Shown: positions 57,617 to 58,131 of the stretch, one piece after another
Layout of the letters: every line of letters begins with the position of its first letter
How positions within the stretch are numbered: position 1 is the first letter of the stretch
Virus record (IMG/VR): IMGVR_UViG_3300044630_002552
Location: 1-58,131 of that record
Source: a virus
Taxonomy: Duplodnaviria > Caudoviricetes
Length of the DNA: 58,131 bases
Direction: 5' to 3' (one strand)
Notes under the pieces: model-generated
What the model was told of the DNA's origin: nothing
Database searches by the model: none
The model's input: the letters and a program-made list of their open reading frames with translations, nothing else
Position numbers and translations under genes: made by a program

Positions 57617-57640
57617 AAACCCACTTCGGTGGGTTTTTTT
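57617..57640 (+). terminator. Intrinsic terminator ending the late region
   Basis: AAACCCAC-TTCG-GTGGGTTT plus T-run; cUUCGg tetraloop. Confidence 0.92.
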
Positions 57641-57648
57641 ATGTCTAA

Positions 57649-57701
57649 AAAATAATTAAGAAAAGACTTGACATTCTCATTATTTTTACTTACCTTTACT
57701 A
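57649..57701 (+). promoter_or_regulatory. Putative early promoter, copy 1 of a 53-nt repeat
   Basis: CTTGAC...TACCTTTA; 49/53 identical to 57973-58025. Confidence 0.7.
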
Positions 57702-57720
57702 TGTAATAAGAGTTAAAGAT

Positions 57721-57780
57721 ATGAAAATTTTAGATTTTATTTGGTTTGGATTGCGAGTTTTAAAAATGTTAGGTTACTAA
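57721..57780 (+). CDS. Possible 19-aa peptide (MKILDFIWFGLRVLKMLGY)
   Basis: First ATG after the repeated promoter; same AAAGATATGAA start context as the next gene. Confidence 0.35.
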   Translation: MKILDFIWFGLRVLKMLGY

Positions 57781-57791
57781 ACAACAAAGAT

Positions 57792-57974
57792 ATGAAGTGG
57801 TTTTACAAAGAAATGGGTAGTAGAGATAAAAAGACCCAAAAGTTAAAATACTACAAAGTTTCAGTTGAAGATTGGAAAATTGTAGATTGTAATTGTGAAG
57901 CAAGAAGTTTCCGTAGATACACACCTTGCAAACATATGGTTTCCATACATAATAAATTAGGACATAGTTTGTAA
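57792..57974 (+). CDS. SWIM-type zinc finger protein
   Basis: CNC...PCKH; ATG 57792 preferred. Confidence 0.75.
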   Translation: MKWFYKEMGSRDKKTQKLKYYKVSVEDWKIVDCNCEARSFRRYTPCKHMVSIHNKLGHSL

Positions 57975-58025
57975 AATAATTAAGAAAAGACTTGACTTTC
58001 TCATTTATTTTGCTTACCTTTACTA
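57973..58025 (+). promoter_or_regulatory. Putative early promoter, copy 2 of a 53-nt repeat
   Basis: Near-identical to 57649-57701. Confidence 0.7.
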
Positions 58026-58053
58026 AACATCAGTTAAACATAAATAATTCAAT

Positions 58054-58131
58054 ATGAAACGATTCACAGATTTTCATTTTTACATTGCGGCATTGACCGG
58101 TGGTTTTGATTTTTTAAGTAAATCCCACATC
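58054..58131 (+). CDS. Hypothetical protein, truncated by the window end
   Basis: ATG after the repeated promoter; frame stays open to the end (MKRFTDFHFYIAALTGG...). Confidence 0.45.
   Translation, partial: MKRFTDFHFYIAALTGGFDFLSKSHI

Noticed and set aside
1-58131. Stop-codon reassignment as seen in some large phages
   Set aside because: Long genes are intact in code 11, and TAG and TGA end genes at sensible boundaries (e.g. 6268, 44397, 25677)

Overview
A 58 kb, very AT-rich fragment of a large T4-like (myovirus-type) bacteriophage genome. All credible genes are on the + strand, tightly packed, in the standard genetic code. The host is probably a Bacteroidetes: TTTG-N19/20-TAnnTTTG promoters and a Bacteroidetes-like bS21 gene point that way. 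Gene order: UV-endonuclease (partial); a sugar-modification cluster (methyltransferases, epimerase, GT2, 2OG-Fe oxygenase-like); peptide deformylase; a gp55-like late sigma factor; baseplate and tail genes; T7-type endonuclease I; primase; a fused Mre11-Rad50 (gp47-gp46); a tail fibre with an S74 chaperone; a mucin-like Thr-repeat protein followed by two glycosyltransferase-like genes and a radical SAM enzyme; a modular 1333-aa protein; terminase; portal; GH19 lysin; prohead protease; a set of small MIKL..E-leader proteins; ribosomal protein bS21; scaffold; major capsid protein; and the start of an early-gene region with duplicated promoters. The best candidate for an undescribed system is phage-encoded protein O-glycosylation of the virion. 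A mucin-like putative tail-tip protein lies next to a glycosyltransferase resembling plant peptide O-glycosyltransferases (GT95/GT96), and an [S/T]-[G/A]-S tripeptide is strongly enriched in structural proteins but rare in enzymes. All family calls are from motif recognition by eye; no searches were run.
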